Shown here: one piece after another, positions 46,073 through 57,433 of the stretch
Layout: each line of letters opens with the position of its first letter
Numbering within the stretch: position 1 is the first letter of the stretch
Assembly: GCA_020184695.1 (NCBI GenBank)
Contig: JAANOX010000230.1
Coordinates: 71,939 to 135,938, forward strand
Length of the DNA: 64,000 bases
Reading direction: 5' to 3'
From: Histomonas meleagridis 2922-C6/04-290x
Taxonomy: Eukaryota; Protista; Parabasalia
Notes under the pieces: model-generated
Told to the model about the DNA's origin: nothing
The model's input: only the letters and a program-made list of their open reading frames with translations
The model's database searches: none
Position numbers and translations under genes: made by a program

Positions 46073-47043
46073 ATGATTGGTCAGAGAAGAATCCAAGAAT
46101 TACAAGGAGATCAACAGGAACAACAACAACAAATTAATCAAAGAGGTACAAGATGGATCTTTACATGGAATCAGAACCCAGACAATTGGCAAGATTTTTT
46201 TAAAGCAGATTGGTTTGAAGAAAACATCAAATACTTAATTGCAGAACAGGAATTTGCACCAACAACTGGTATGCCTCATATTCAAGGATATTTAGAAACA
46301 AAAACCAGAGTGTATTACAACACTTTTAGATCAAAAATTAATTGTTACTGGGCATTAGCAGTAGGTTCAAGATTGAAGAATTACAAATACTGCACCAAAA
46401 CTAATCAACAAGTGCTTGAAATTGGAGAAAAACTATTGGTCAAACCATGGCGATTGAAAAAGATCAGGAAAGAAATGAAATGTTGCAGGATTTATTGAAG
46501 ATGAGCTGGGAAGAATTTGGATGGAAGTGGACAGCTCAAGCCTTACATATAAGAAACAAATTATTGAAATGGAAATTTGATCATACTCCAGTCTTACCTC
46601 CATGGAATGGCGATTTCAAAACGAAGAATTATTGGATTTACGGTCCACCGGGTACCGGTAAAACAAAATGGGCAAGAAGTCAAATGGACCCGGATAAAAC
46701 ATTCTTCAAATTACAAAATAAATGGTGGGAACATTATGATGACTTCCGCCATAAATTAGTCTTAATTGAAGATATGTCATTAGATAAAGCAAAATTATTA
46801 ATAGACCACCTAAAGAACCGGTCGGATAGGTTCTGGTTCGCTGCTGAAATAAAAGGTGCAGCAATTAAAGCAAATCCTGGAAAGTGGTTCTTAATAGTTA
46901 CATCAAATCATTCTATCGAAGATTGCTTAGGAAATAACAATGATGCTTTGGCCATAAAAGAATAATTTATAGAGGTAAATGTAAATGATCCTAATGACAT
47001 TTTTTTCCGAACTCAATCAAATTATAACATTTTGACTCAATAA
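46073..47043 (+). pseudogene. rep: CRESS Rep (HUH endonuclease + SF3 helicase) with one frameshift and one in-frame stop
   Basis: RCR-I WIFTWN, RCR-II PHIQGY, RCR-III YCTK, Walker A GPPGTGKT, Walker B LIEDM, motif C IVTSN. Frameshift in the A-run near 46428. TAA 46963-46965 at the expected Arg-finger position; the frame stays open to 47043. Confidence 0.93.
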
Positions 47044-47222
47044 TAAGTTCCCTAAAATTATTTTTTAGGTACCTGGCACTTTTTGTAATTCCACTTTTTC
47101 TATATGGGCAAGTTTTCGGACATGTGATATGAAAAATGGATAATTACGATCAAAATGAATTGAATTTTGAAAATAAAGTATTCAATTCCAAAAATCAGGA
47201 GACCGTTAATGGACAAATTTAT

Positions 47223-47299
47223 ATTTTTCGCTAGGTAATAAGATTATGTCTGGAGGTACCAGTTAACGTCCTCCACAAGATAAGGACCTAGCGAAAAAT
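47223..47299. other. Nested stem-loop, candidate rolling-circle origin
   Basis: Perfect 14-bp arms ATTTTTCGCTAGGT (47223-36) / ACCTAGCGAAAAAT (47286-99). Inner stem TGGAGG (47251-56) / CCTCCA (47270-75) around TACCAGTTAACGT. Confidence 0.6.
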
Positions 47300-48346
47300 T
47301 TTTATTCATAAACGTCCTAAAATAACGGCATTTTGAATAGTAAAATTTAAATTTAACCCCCACCCCTAGTACACTTTATACTGATCACCTGTCTACGCCC
47401 TTTTATAAAAAAAGTGCTCCGCGGAGTCGGGCTACGGCAGGTTTGTGATAAATGCACTCATTCGCCATTAGTACGTTTTTGCCTAAGTTGCTTTTCCAAC
47501 CAAGGAAATACAGTTCCCAAATATCGAACAAACATTCTATGCCAAAAAATATGTTGAAACGATATAATAGAAAAAGTCAAATGATAAACCGCTCCATATT
47601 GTCAAACACAAGTTTTTATATCCTCACGACGATATCGTCTCAACCGTTTTTGAGTTTACTATATAAAATGTGTTTATATTCTAATCATTTATTTTTTACG
47701 TAAGCTGAAGTAAAATACTACAAAATTAAAGAAGTTATGCTTAACATTGTTGAATAAATCTCATAATATACAAGACAAAATTAATACAAAGAGAATAACA
47801 AGAAAATTACAAATAAAATTGATTTTTATAATTTTTTTTTCACAAAGGAAAACTTTACAATAGAAATTGTACAACGTTTTCTAAAGCATTAAACGAGTTA
47901 TATGTTATTAAATTTTAACTTTTATAAAATTGTGATGGATCTCATTGATTTCTTTTTCTGGCAGATGATGTAACTTATTAAGTTATTATTAAATAAGGAA
48001 CGTCTTTAGAACGCTTGAAGATATCGAATAAATTACATTATAACTGATATTATAAAAAAATAAATTTATCCAGTGTCACGTTGTCAGGAAATATTTTGGT
48101 TGACATTTTATACAAGTCACTTTACAACAAAATTTTTACATGTACTTCCATGAGTATATTTATTCAAAAGTAAAATATTACAATGTATTTTGTGACTTTG
48201 ATGATTTTCATAAGTTTGTGCGCTTATATTAACTTTTGTTTTGATATTTTCATTTTTATTGTCTTCTTTATACACTTGAAATTCGAGTCAGTTTTGTTCA
48301 TTTGTAAAGCTATTTTCAGTGTTTATCGAAGGCCAAGAAGTAGCAT

Positions 48347-48814
48347 TCAGAGAAGAAGATGAGAGTTTTCTTTTGCACCTTTTTCAAGAAGTAGATTTTT
48401 TATAATGGTATAACCATTTTGATGTGCAATTTGAATTGCTGTCAAATATTATTAAAACATATACCAAATCATTAAAATATAAAAGTTTTTACATTAACAT
48501 CAATTCCTTCTTTATCTAAAAGTAATTTTACTATTTCTGTGTTTTTAATTCTAACTGCTATATGAAATGCTGTTTCAAATTATTAAAACATATTCCAAAT
48601 TATTCAAATGAATATTTTTTGCATTAACATCAATTCCTTTTTGTTCTAAAACATATTTTACAAGTTCAATATTTCCTGATTCTGAAGCAAATAATAAAAT
48701 ATCTTTCGGAATTTGATTATTTTTTAGGAAATGTATTGCGAGATATAAATTTCCAAAATCCTTGTGTACTGATTCCAGGTGTGTTCTTAAGGTTGTACTC
48801 CAAACGGTCGCCAC
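48347..48814 (-). pseudogene. Ankyrin repeat gene remnant with two interrupted hairpins
   Basis: FASESGNIELVKYVLEQKGIDVNAKN, TAFHIAV...TEIVKLLLDKEGIDVNVK and TAIQIAHQNGY blocks separated by AT-rich inserts. Confidence 0.7.
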
Positions 48815-49987
48815 CGAAAAAATATTGTTGCGTTAATAAATCGATACACATTTATAATTTTAATCTGTAAAATAAAAAAAAAACATTTATAATTATTAAT
48901 GCTTTTTGTTAAATACCAAATTATTTTAATTTCAATTTTTTTATGATAGATAATCGATTTTACTTTAAATTAAAAAGTTGAAAAATCTCTCTATTACATT
49001 TTTTAGAATTATATGATATATTTAAATTTTTTATTAATTTTGATTTATATATAAATCAGTTAATATTGAGTACTATTCATTTTAAAATCAAAAAATCATG
49101 AAAATTGATATTGAAATATAATATTAACAAGCGAATAATGTCAGTTTTTGAAATTATAGAATAGTGCCAATTATGATATTATTCTTAGATTCATATTAAT
49201 CATAGATGCAACTATATATATATATATATATTCATGTTATCAAGATCGTAGGATGATCGCTATATACGAATTGCAGAAATCGAAAGTCAATATTACATAT
49301 ATGTTTGAAATATAATATACATAAAATTTTGCCATTTTGAACCTCAAATATTTGTATGTATTAAGTTGTGGATACTTTGTGAATTCCTAATAATTATATA
49401 ATGTGTAATATCTTTTGAAATACTTTAAATCAACCAAGAAATACTTTTTATAGATCATCTATCATCCGTCTATCGTCACCTATCGGCGTATTGGACAAAA
49501 ATAAACTATACAAAAGTGAAATATTGTCACTTTTAAAAATGAAAAAATAAATTTTTCTTGGCTTATTGTATAATATTATTTAGCATTTATAGTAAATCGA
49601 ATATATTTATCACTTGTTCATTTTATTTTGCCATTATTTCATACGAAAATCATCCAATTAACCAAATATTTCCAATGATAATTTAATTATTTGTAACTGG
49701 TATAAACTATAGTTTTTCCTATTTCAATCTTTGAAGTACCAATCGAAGAAATAAACCGAGAAATCACGAACAAAATGATTATGTTATTAAGAAGTGTAAC
49801 AAATGAATTTTCATTTTCAACATATTCATTAAAGATTTTAGATGATGAATATAAGAATGGAAATGGTATTATGAATTGCCACGCTTTTTTCGATTCACTT
49901 TTTGTATGAATAAAATGACCGTTTAAAAAACAGAAAAAGTTTTTTCATGTGGCCGTTTAAAATTTTAACGGACAGAAAACTTCGGAA

Positions 49988-52900
49988 ATGGCGGTGCGCA
50001 ATGAATCCACCGCTCCTCTTAATGTTTTTAATGATGAGATGATAAAGAGGCTTTCCAATTACAATGATGGTCAACAGATTGATGCTTTTTGTTTTGATTA
50101 TTCACCAAAATTAGGGAGAATAATCAGAATGGAACCATTACAAAAATTCAAAAATATCACAGAATTATCACTAATTGGTCACAATATTGAGAATATTTCG
50201 GTTTTAACAAATCTAACATCATTAAAACGTGTTAATCTTTCATGGAATATTTTATCAGCAAAATCAATTCTCCCACTTATGAAATTAATATCTTTAGAAT
50301 ACGTGGTTTTAAGCCACAACAATATTCAAGAAATTCCTAAATCAATATCCAATCTCAAAAATTTAAGAATTTTCAAAATTAGTGGAAATCCAATTAATAA
50401 TCTATCACAATTAGCAAGATTAAAATCTAACATCAGTTTATACAGTTTAGAAGGTGAAGGGTGTCCTCTTTTCAAAGATCAAGATTCTATTTTATATTGT
50501 ATTTTTACTCTTCCACAATTAACCATTCTTAATCGTAGTCCTATTTCAATAGAATTACGAAGACAATCATCAGAACGTTTTGAGCGTGAGCAAATCGAAG
50601 AATTAACAAAAATAAGTAACGAACTTGAAACCGAAAAAACCGAATTAATTTCAATGAACACAAAATTGAATGAAAAATGTTCGTCACAAGAAAAAGAAAT
50701 AAAAGATTTAAATGATAAATTAAATCCTTTACAAGAGCAACTTAAAGAATTAAATATCAAAATTAAAGAACAAGAATTAGTAATTGAACAAAGAAATAAA
50801 GAATTAATTCAAGAAAGAAATACTGTTACTGAACTTCGATCACAATTATTTTCTACATCTTCATCAGAAGATTTAGCAACGAATAAAACTAATGAAATTA
50901 CAATAGTTAATGATAAACTTAAAGAAGAAAACGAATTAATGAAAACACAAATCGAAACACTGAAAATTCAATTGGAAGAAATTTTACAAAATTCAGAGAA
51001 ATTGAATGAAAACATTCAAATTTTTCAGAGTGATAATACAAAAATTGGCGAAGAAAACGATAAGTTAAAAGAAAACAACGAAATTCTTCAGCAAAACTCA
51101 ATAAAAATACAACAAGAAAATCATAAACTACAACAAAAGATTGAAGTTATTGAGCAAATTAATCAAAAGTATAAAGAATATAATGAAAATTTAGAAACGA
51201 AATTTGAACAAATTAATAATCAAATAACAAAAACTGAAAAGTATAATAATAATAAAATAAATGAAATATACCAAAAAAGAATCAAAGATTTAGAAGAACG
51301 AAATTTAGGATATCAAACACAAATTGATAAACTTAATTTAGAAATCATAAAAAAAGAACAAATTTATGAATCAGCGAAAACAAATTTTAATGATAAACAA
51401 ATCGAAGAAATAAAAAATAAAAATTTGGAATTAAATGAAAATTTAACGAACAAAGAAAAAATCATAAATTCATTAAATTTAGAACTAAATAAATATCACG
51501 AAAAGTATAAACAATCGAAAACATATATACAAAAACAAAACAATGAATATCAAACGACACTTGAAAAAGTCTCGTTTTTACAAAAGGAAATATCGAATAA
51601 AGAAAACCAATTAAAGAAATATATAGAACTTGAAAAGGAAAATGCGAATTTAAGAGAACAAATTGTTAATTCGATGAATTCGGAAGAGAAAATACAATTA
51701 AAAACTAAAATATCACAACTTGAAGAACAAATAATTAATTTAAATGAATCTAATTCAAATTACATCAAAATATTACAGAGTAAAAAAGATAAAAATAAAT
51801 TAATGAAAAATAAATTAAATCAAAGCAAAACAGAAATTGAAAAATTAAAGAATTTAAATAAAGAAATTTCAAATGAATTAAATAATCAAAAGAAACAAAA
51901 TGAAATCAATTTAAAACAATTAAAATTACAAATAATCAATGAACAAAATCAAAATGATAATTTGCAATTTCATAAAGAAAATGATGTTGATTCATTTGTT
52001 AGAAGTCAAAATCAAAATTCTGTACAAGAAATAACATTAGAAAATATCATAAAAGAAATAACAAAAATTATACAAATTTTTCCACAATTAAATATTGATA
52101 ATAATTCTTCTTCTGAAGATGAAATTATATCTTTGCTTCATTCTTTTAAAGATAATTATTTAGAATTATTAAATAAATATCAAAAAAATAATAAAAAATA
52201 TCAAAAGAGAAAAAATAGTTTTAAACAAACATTGAAAAATGTAATTATCGAACAAGAAAATAAAAAATCAAAAATTTTGGAGTTGGAATCAAATAATGAA
52301 ATATTAACTAATAAAATTAAAAACTTGAATTTCGATATCGAAGAAAAAATTAATCAAATTAATCAAATGAAAGAAAAAATTTCGTTAAATAAACCTATTT
52401 TAATATCAATGAAAAATGAATTAAAAACAATAAAAGAAAAAGTAAATAATTTCCAAAACAAAGAAAATCAATACAAACAACAAATAAATGAATTACAAAG
52501 TAAACTAAAACAAAATGAAAAAGAAATTAACAAATTAAAAGTAAATAATAACCAAAAAGTTAAAGAAATCCAAAATTTGCAAAAAGATTTAAATGAGTTA
52601 AAACAACAAAAAGTCGAAAATGAAAAACTTCAAAATGAAGTTAATGAAAAAGTGAAAGAAATTGAAGAAACAAAAAAATTAATTTCACAAAAAGAAAACG
52701 AAATTCAAAATCTACAAAAAGATTTAAATGAATTAAAACATCTTAAAAACAAAATCATCGAAAAAGTTAAAGAAATTGAAGAAATGAAAAATGAAATTTC
52801 ACAAAAAGAAAAAGAAATTAAAAATTTGCAAAAGGATTTAAATGATTTGAAACAAGAAAAAATTGAAAACGAAAAACTTAAAAATGAAATTTATGAAAAC

Positions 52901-53851
52901 AAACAAAAATTTGCCGAACAATTACAAGAATTAACAAATCAAATTTTTATATTACAAAAACAAATTTCAGAAAAAGAAAAAGAATTCGAAAATGAAAAAC
53001 AACATTTAATTAATGAATCAAATAATAATATAACAAAAGAAAAAGAAATTGAAATTTTGGAACTTAAAAAACAAAACGAAAATTATTTCGAAAAACTTCA
53101 AATTATTTCGAAGCAAATTAAAGAAATATTTAAATCGTCAAATTTGAGAATCAAAAATCTCGAAGAAAAAGAAAAAGAAGTTAACAAACAGAATCAAATT
53201 TTATTAAAAGAAAATCAAATTTTACAAACCAAAATTAAAAATTTAAATGAAAATCAATTAAATAAAATCGAAAAAGATGAAACAATCAAAAAATATCAAA
53301 TCGAAATCAATGAAAAAGAACTAAACAATCAAAAACTTATCGATGAATTATCAAAAGAAAAGAATGAAAAACATGAACTAAAAGAAAAACTTAAAAATAT
53401 CTCGAAATCGGCTATTAAAAAAATACAAAAATTACAAAACAAAATCGAAATTTTGACACAATCAAAAATTGAAAAAAACGAAATTTCGCCTCAGAAAATT
53501 CAATCAACAAAACCGTCGAATCAAACTTTCAAAATATTATCAATTTTGAAAAGATTACACGCGTCACTTTTGGTTAATTCAATGTATTCTGTGATTGAAG
53601 ATTTAAATGAAATATTTTCTATTATATCACTTGAACCAATAACAAAACAAAAATTGGTTCGAACACATACAAATGGAGTTTTTAATAATATATCAATTAT
53701 AAAAGATACAATACAAAATCATGAAAATGAAATCGAAGAATTGCTTGAAATGATTTCAACACAACATAAAAAAGTTGTTGCACTATCAAATAAGGCTGTG
53801 GATTCACTCCTTTATGTACAGAACGCAGAAAGCGAACAAACACATAAATAA
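49988..53851 (+). CDS. N-terminal LRR (SDS22/centriolin-like) plus long coiled-coil protein
   Basis: LTNLTSLKRVNLSWN, LSHNNIQEI, LKISGNPI, LEGEGCP, LPQLTILN, then about 1050 aa of coiled coil with an imperfect internal repeat. Confidence 0.8.
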   Translation: MAVRNESTAPLNVFNDEMIKRLSNYNDGQQIDAFCFDYSPKLGRIIRMEPLQKFKNITELSLIGHNIENISVLTNLTSLKRVNLSWNILSAKSILPLMKLISLEYVVLSHNNIQEIPKSISNLKNLRIFKISGNPINNLSQLARLKSNISLYSLEGEGCPLFKDQDSILYCIFTLPQLTILNRSPISIELRRQSSERFEREQIEELTKISNELETEKTELISMNTKLNEKCSSQEKEIKDLNDKLNPLQEQLKELNIKIKEQELVIEQRNKELIQERNTVTELRSQLFSTSSSEDLATNKTNEITIVNDKLKEENELMKTQIETLKIQLEEILQNSEKLNENIQIFQSDNTKIGEENDKLKENNEILQQNSIKIQQENHKLQQKIEVIEQINQKYKEYNENLETKFEQINNQITKTEKYNNNKINEIYQKRIKDLEERNLGYQTQIDKLNLEIIKKEQIYESAKTNFNDKQIEEIKNKNLELNENLTNKEKIINSLNLELNKYHEKYKQSKTYIQKQNNEYQTTLEKVSFLQKEISNKENQLKKYIELEKENANLREQIVNSMNSEEKIQLKTKISQLEEQIINLNESNSNYIKILQSKKDKNKLMKNKLNQSKTEIEKLKNLNKEISNELNNQKKQNEINLKQLKLQIINEQNQNDNLQFHKENDVDSFVRSQNQNSVQEITLENIIKEITKIIQIFPQLNIDNNSSSEDEIISLLHSFKDNYLELLNKYQKNNKKYQKRKNSFKQTLKNVIIEQENKKSKILELESNNEILTNKIKNLNFDIEEKINQINQMKEKISLNKPILISMKNELKTIKEKVNNFQNKENQYKQQINELQSKLKQNEKEINKLKVNNNQKVKEIQNLQKDLNELKQQKVENEKLQNEVNEKVKEIEETKKLISQKENEIQNLQKDLNELKHLKNKIIEKVKEIEEMKNEISQKEKEIKNLQKDLNDLKQEKIENEKLKNEIYENKQKFAEQLQELTNQIFILQKQISEKEKEFENEKQHLINESNNNITKEKEIEILELKKQNENYFEKLQIISKQIKEIFKSSNLRIKNLEEKEKEVNKQNQILLKENQILQTKIKNLNENQLNKIEKDETIKKYQIEINEKELNNQKLIDELSKEKNEKHELKEKLKNISKSAIKKIQKLQNKIEILTQSKIEKNEISPQKIQSTKPSNQTFKILSILKRLHASLLVNSMYSVIEDLNEIFSIISLEPITKQKLVRTHTNGVFNNISIIKDTIQNHENEIEELLEMISTQHKKVVALSNKAVDSLLYVQNAESEQTHK

Positions 53852-54923
53852 ATTGTTTTTAATATGTAATTTATATTGTTTTTGATCAAATATTATATTT
53901 AAAGAAAATTTAGTTTTTCAAGATTTTTTAATGTATACTTAATTAGAGGTATCTATCTAATTAGATATTCAAATAAATTATCTATAGATAAATCAGTCAT
54001 CGTGATCAAAACATTTTAAATTATGTCTTGATTTAACTAAAGAAGGGTAATCTAAAATATCATGTTAATCTTGAGTTAGGAAAAGAAAGATGATTTTAAA
54101 AACACGTGGCATTAACGCGACTTAAAACTAAACAATTTTGTGAAAATATTTCTTCCATGACGTAATTCAGAAGTTTCGTAACATGTTATAAAAAAAGTAA
54201 AAAAGTTGACGAACATAATGAAAATAATATTATAACAATCACAACGAAGGGGACCAGGGGCGTTGGCCATAAGGGCCCATGTAGTTGTGCTGTGTGTTTT
54301 ATCGTAAAAATATTATGTGCAGGTTGTGCATGGTGGAAATGGGGGTTTTAAATTTTGAAAATAATTTGTTTCAGCTTTTTGCCGATAATTTGATGTGAAT
54401 ATATATGTCAAATTAACAAAAATTTGTGTTAAAAATACATGTTTTAGTTTTAGCTTTGTGGAATAAGATATGTTTATATGTGTAATTTGTATATAAGTTT
54501 TGTTGTAAATTATATGTTTGATTGACAAAATGCTAAACAAAATTTTTCGTTTTAGCAAATTATATATTGCTTGCTTGTGAAACAGACCACAATAAAATGG
54601 TGCTACGAAGTAGCACAAATGAAACTGTATGTGTGTAATAACGTGCATAGATTCTCGCATTATATCTTATTACAATCATTTATTTCTATTGATCCTGGTT
54701 TCATTTGATTATTTTAATATTTTTATCTCTATCTTCCCTCTTATTACTTTATTGTTGTTTTTTTATATATTTTCATCATTTAACATTCGGTATTGATTAA
54801 TATTAAAAATATAATAATAAATACCAATTATTAATATAGTAATTCAGCCTCAGTATTCAAATCAAGATGCAGTTATAAATTACATGTATCATAAAGCCCA
54901 AATTTGAGCTTATAAATATATAT

Positions 54924-54993
54924 AGGTAGGTATATGGTGCGGTCGGGAGGGGTCGGGAGCAATCTGGGTCCCCAGATTGCTCCCGACCCCTCC
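54924..54993. repeat. GC-rich perfect palindrome (23-bp arms) overlapping a 25-nt motif repeated inverted at 60317..60341
   Basis: GGAGGGGTCGGGAGCAATCTGGG (54946-68) TC CCCAGATTGCTCCCGACCCCTCC (54971-93). Confidence 0.9.
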
Positions 54994-55366
54994 AGATCCA
55001 TAAGTTGGCTCGCTTCACTTGCTACAAATATCAAAATGATTTTTGAATGCCATACGATTCGTTCAAAAATTTGAATGCCCATTATCGTAATAGACGTATT
55101 TGGATTACGTTGCTCGTTTCAGTACTGTGAAGGAAATGATGGTTGTCTTATTAAAAATGACATCTAAATTTATTTGTTTCGACTAAAATTGACGAGGTTT
55201 GTCTGTAGCAAAAAACGATTGTTCAAAAAAAAATTTTTCAGTTTGTTATAAAATCGAAGTATGAAGCAAATCGTACAGAAAATTCATCTGGTTCTGAAAT
55301 GATAATAATTTATAATAAAAATGTTCTCGCAAAATATTATTAATATTTTAAGGTTTATTACTTACC

Positions 55367-56537
55367 TTATAATATTAAGACAATTGACAGAATTAACATC
55401 ACAATGGAATACGTTACAGTGGTCCTAAATCTGTTGCTATCTGTAGACTCTGTTTCTTCTGTTTCTGTTTCTGGATGTGGTGTGTCCGTTTCTGGTGGTG
55501 CTGGTGTTGGTGATTCAGTTGGTGACTCTGACGGTGTTGGCATACATTCCTGAACAATTCCTTTATATGTATTCAAAGTGCCAATTGTTGGACTTCCTTC
55601 ATAATTATTTAATACCATAATATATGTTGTTTTAACACCTGCAAATGCATTTTCTCCGATTGTACTTGGTTCTGTGGTACCATTATAATATATATACTGA
55701 AGATTAGAGCATCCATTAAATGCACTTTCACCAATTTCTTTGGATCCAATCATTACTGTTTCTAATGATGTACATTGTAAAAACACAGATAGCTCTATTG
55801 TAGTCAAACTATCCGGAAGTGTAATGGATTTCAAACTTGAACAACCTCTAAATCCAGCCTCACACAAAGTTTCTAATGTATCTGTCTGGAAAGTCACATT
55901 TTATAATGAGGTACAATCCAAAAATGCATTCGAATTGATTTTGGAGCCTGAAAATGTCAGTGATACACTTTTCAAACTTTGAACAATATGCAAATGCACC
56001 TGCGCCAATATAGTAATCAGTTACTATAACTAATGTATCCTATGACGTACAACGAATAAAAGCATCTTGATAGACATCAATGTTTTGAAGATTTAATGTT
56101 TTAAGTGATGTGCATTGGGCAAATGCATTAGACCTTATATATTCACAATGACTGAAATCAATTTCAGTTAATGAAGTGCATCCTTGACAAATGCCATAAG
56201 AATAATAAGTGCAACCACTTGGAAGTGATATACTTTTCAATGATGTACAGCCAGAGAAAACATAATTACCGGTGCCATTTCTAATAGGACCACTGAATGT
56301 AATTGATTCCAAATAAGTGTTATTAGAAAATGCATAATCCAGTATGTTAGTTACATCTGAGGGAACTATAATGTGCAGTGATTGTTGTGATTCCTCCACT
56401 ATTAATAACTAAACCATTTACACTCTCATTGAAGGATTATTATTATAGGTAGGATAGCTGTTTTCATAACTATCTAAATATAGTATACCATTAATTAATT
56501 GATCACTTAATGATAGGTTGAAAAATAAAGAAATCAT
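55367..56537 (-). pseudogene. BspA-like surface protein pseudogene
   Basis: TpLRR repeats (FSGCTSLKSISLP, ITLPDSLTTIE) with in-frame TAG/TAA and frameshifts; P/T/E stalk and C-terminal hydrophobic tail; ATG 56537. Confidence 0.8.
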
Positions 56538-57433
56538 TGAAATTAAAATTAATTTAGAAATCAGATAAGATATAAATAAATATAAATAAATATGAAGTGA
56601 ATAAAATATTTTCATAAAAATTACAAAGTAAGTTCGACAAATATAATGAAAACCAATATTAAATTGTATAAACAAGAATGACATCATTGATTTTTGGATG
56701 TTTCAAACATAAGATTTTTGGCTTTGTTGATCATTGTTCATATTTTTAGTAAAATGCCAAATTATTCAGAAAAGATCGACGAACAAGCCTGACAAATCCC
56801 CTCAATATTCAATGATCATTTCTAAAATTTGCTTTTTCAGAGCGAAGAACAAAAAATTGAATTTTTTTGGCAATTTTTTTTCACGAATTTAATTAAAGAA
56901 TTCAAAGAACCACTTATAAATTTTGTATAAGCTTTTCCATATGAAAACAAAAAATTTAGTGTGTTATATCACTTGAATGATGATGAAAACTTTGATTGCG
57001 TTAAATTGAATTTTCTACAATATTTGATTTTTAATCATTATCAGATCTACTTGACACCAAACTAAATCATTTTGTTCAACATAAAATTCTAATTCAATAT
57101 CACCAACTAAATCATTTGGATATAAATCAAATGCTTGTAAAGCTAATATATCTTCAAATAAAAATTTCATTTCAAATTCGATATCATGTTTATTTCCATC
57201 TGCAATTGTATTTAAATCAACATAAGTATCACAAACAGATCGAGAATATTCTGAAAGATTTTCATATAAAGAATGTGTATATTTCCTAGTTTTCTTTTCA
57301 GCATAAGGTTTAATTGTAGAATAACAATAACCTTCACGACAACATTCATTTTGTTGATAACCAGTAGGAATATTATTAGACATAATTTGTAATTAATCTA
57401 ATAATTGATTAGTTCTCTTAAAACCTGTAAATA

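Larger units (their letters stand above)
45205..47440. mobile_element. Endogenous CRESS-DNA (Cressdnaviricota) viral element, probably kirkovirus-related; boundaries approximate
   Basis: Ambisense Rep, Cap and accessory ORF plus a large hairpin, inside AT-rich host DNA. Confidence 0.9.

Noticed and set aside
49214-49232. (TA)n microsatellites here and near 59590
   Set aside because: Ordinary simple repeats in an AT-rich genome.
52540-52900. Imperfect internal repeat in the LRR/coiled-coil gene
   Set aside because: Routine heptad-block duplication in a coiled-coil protein.
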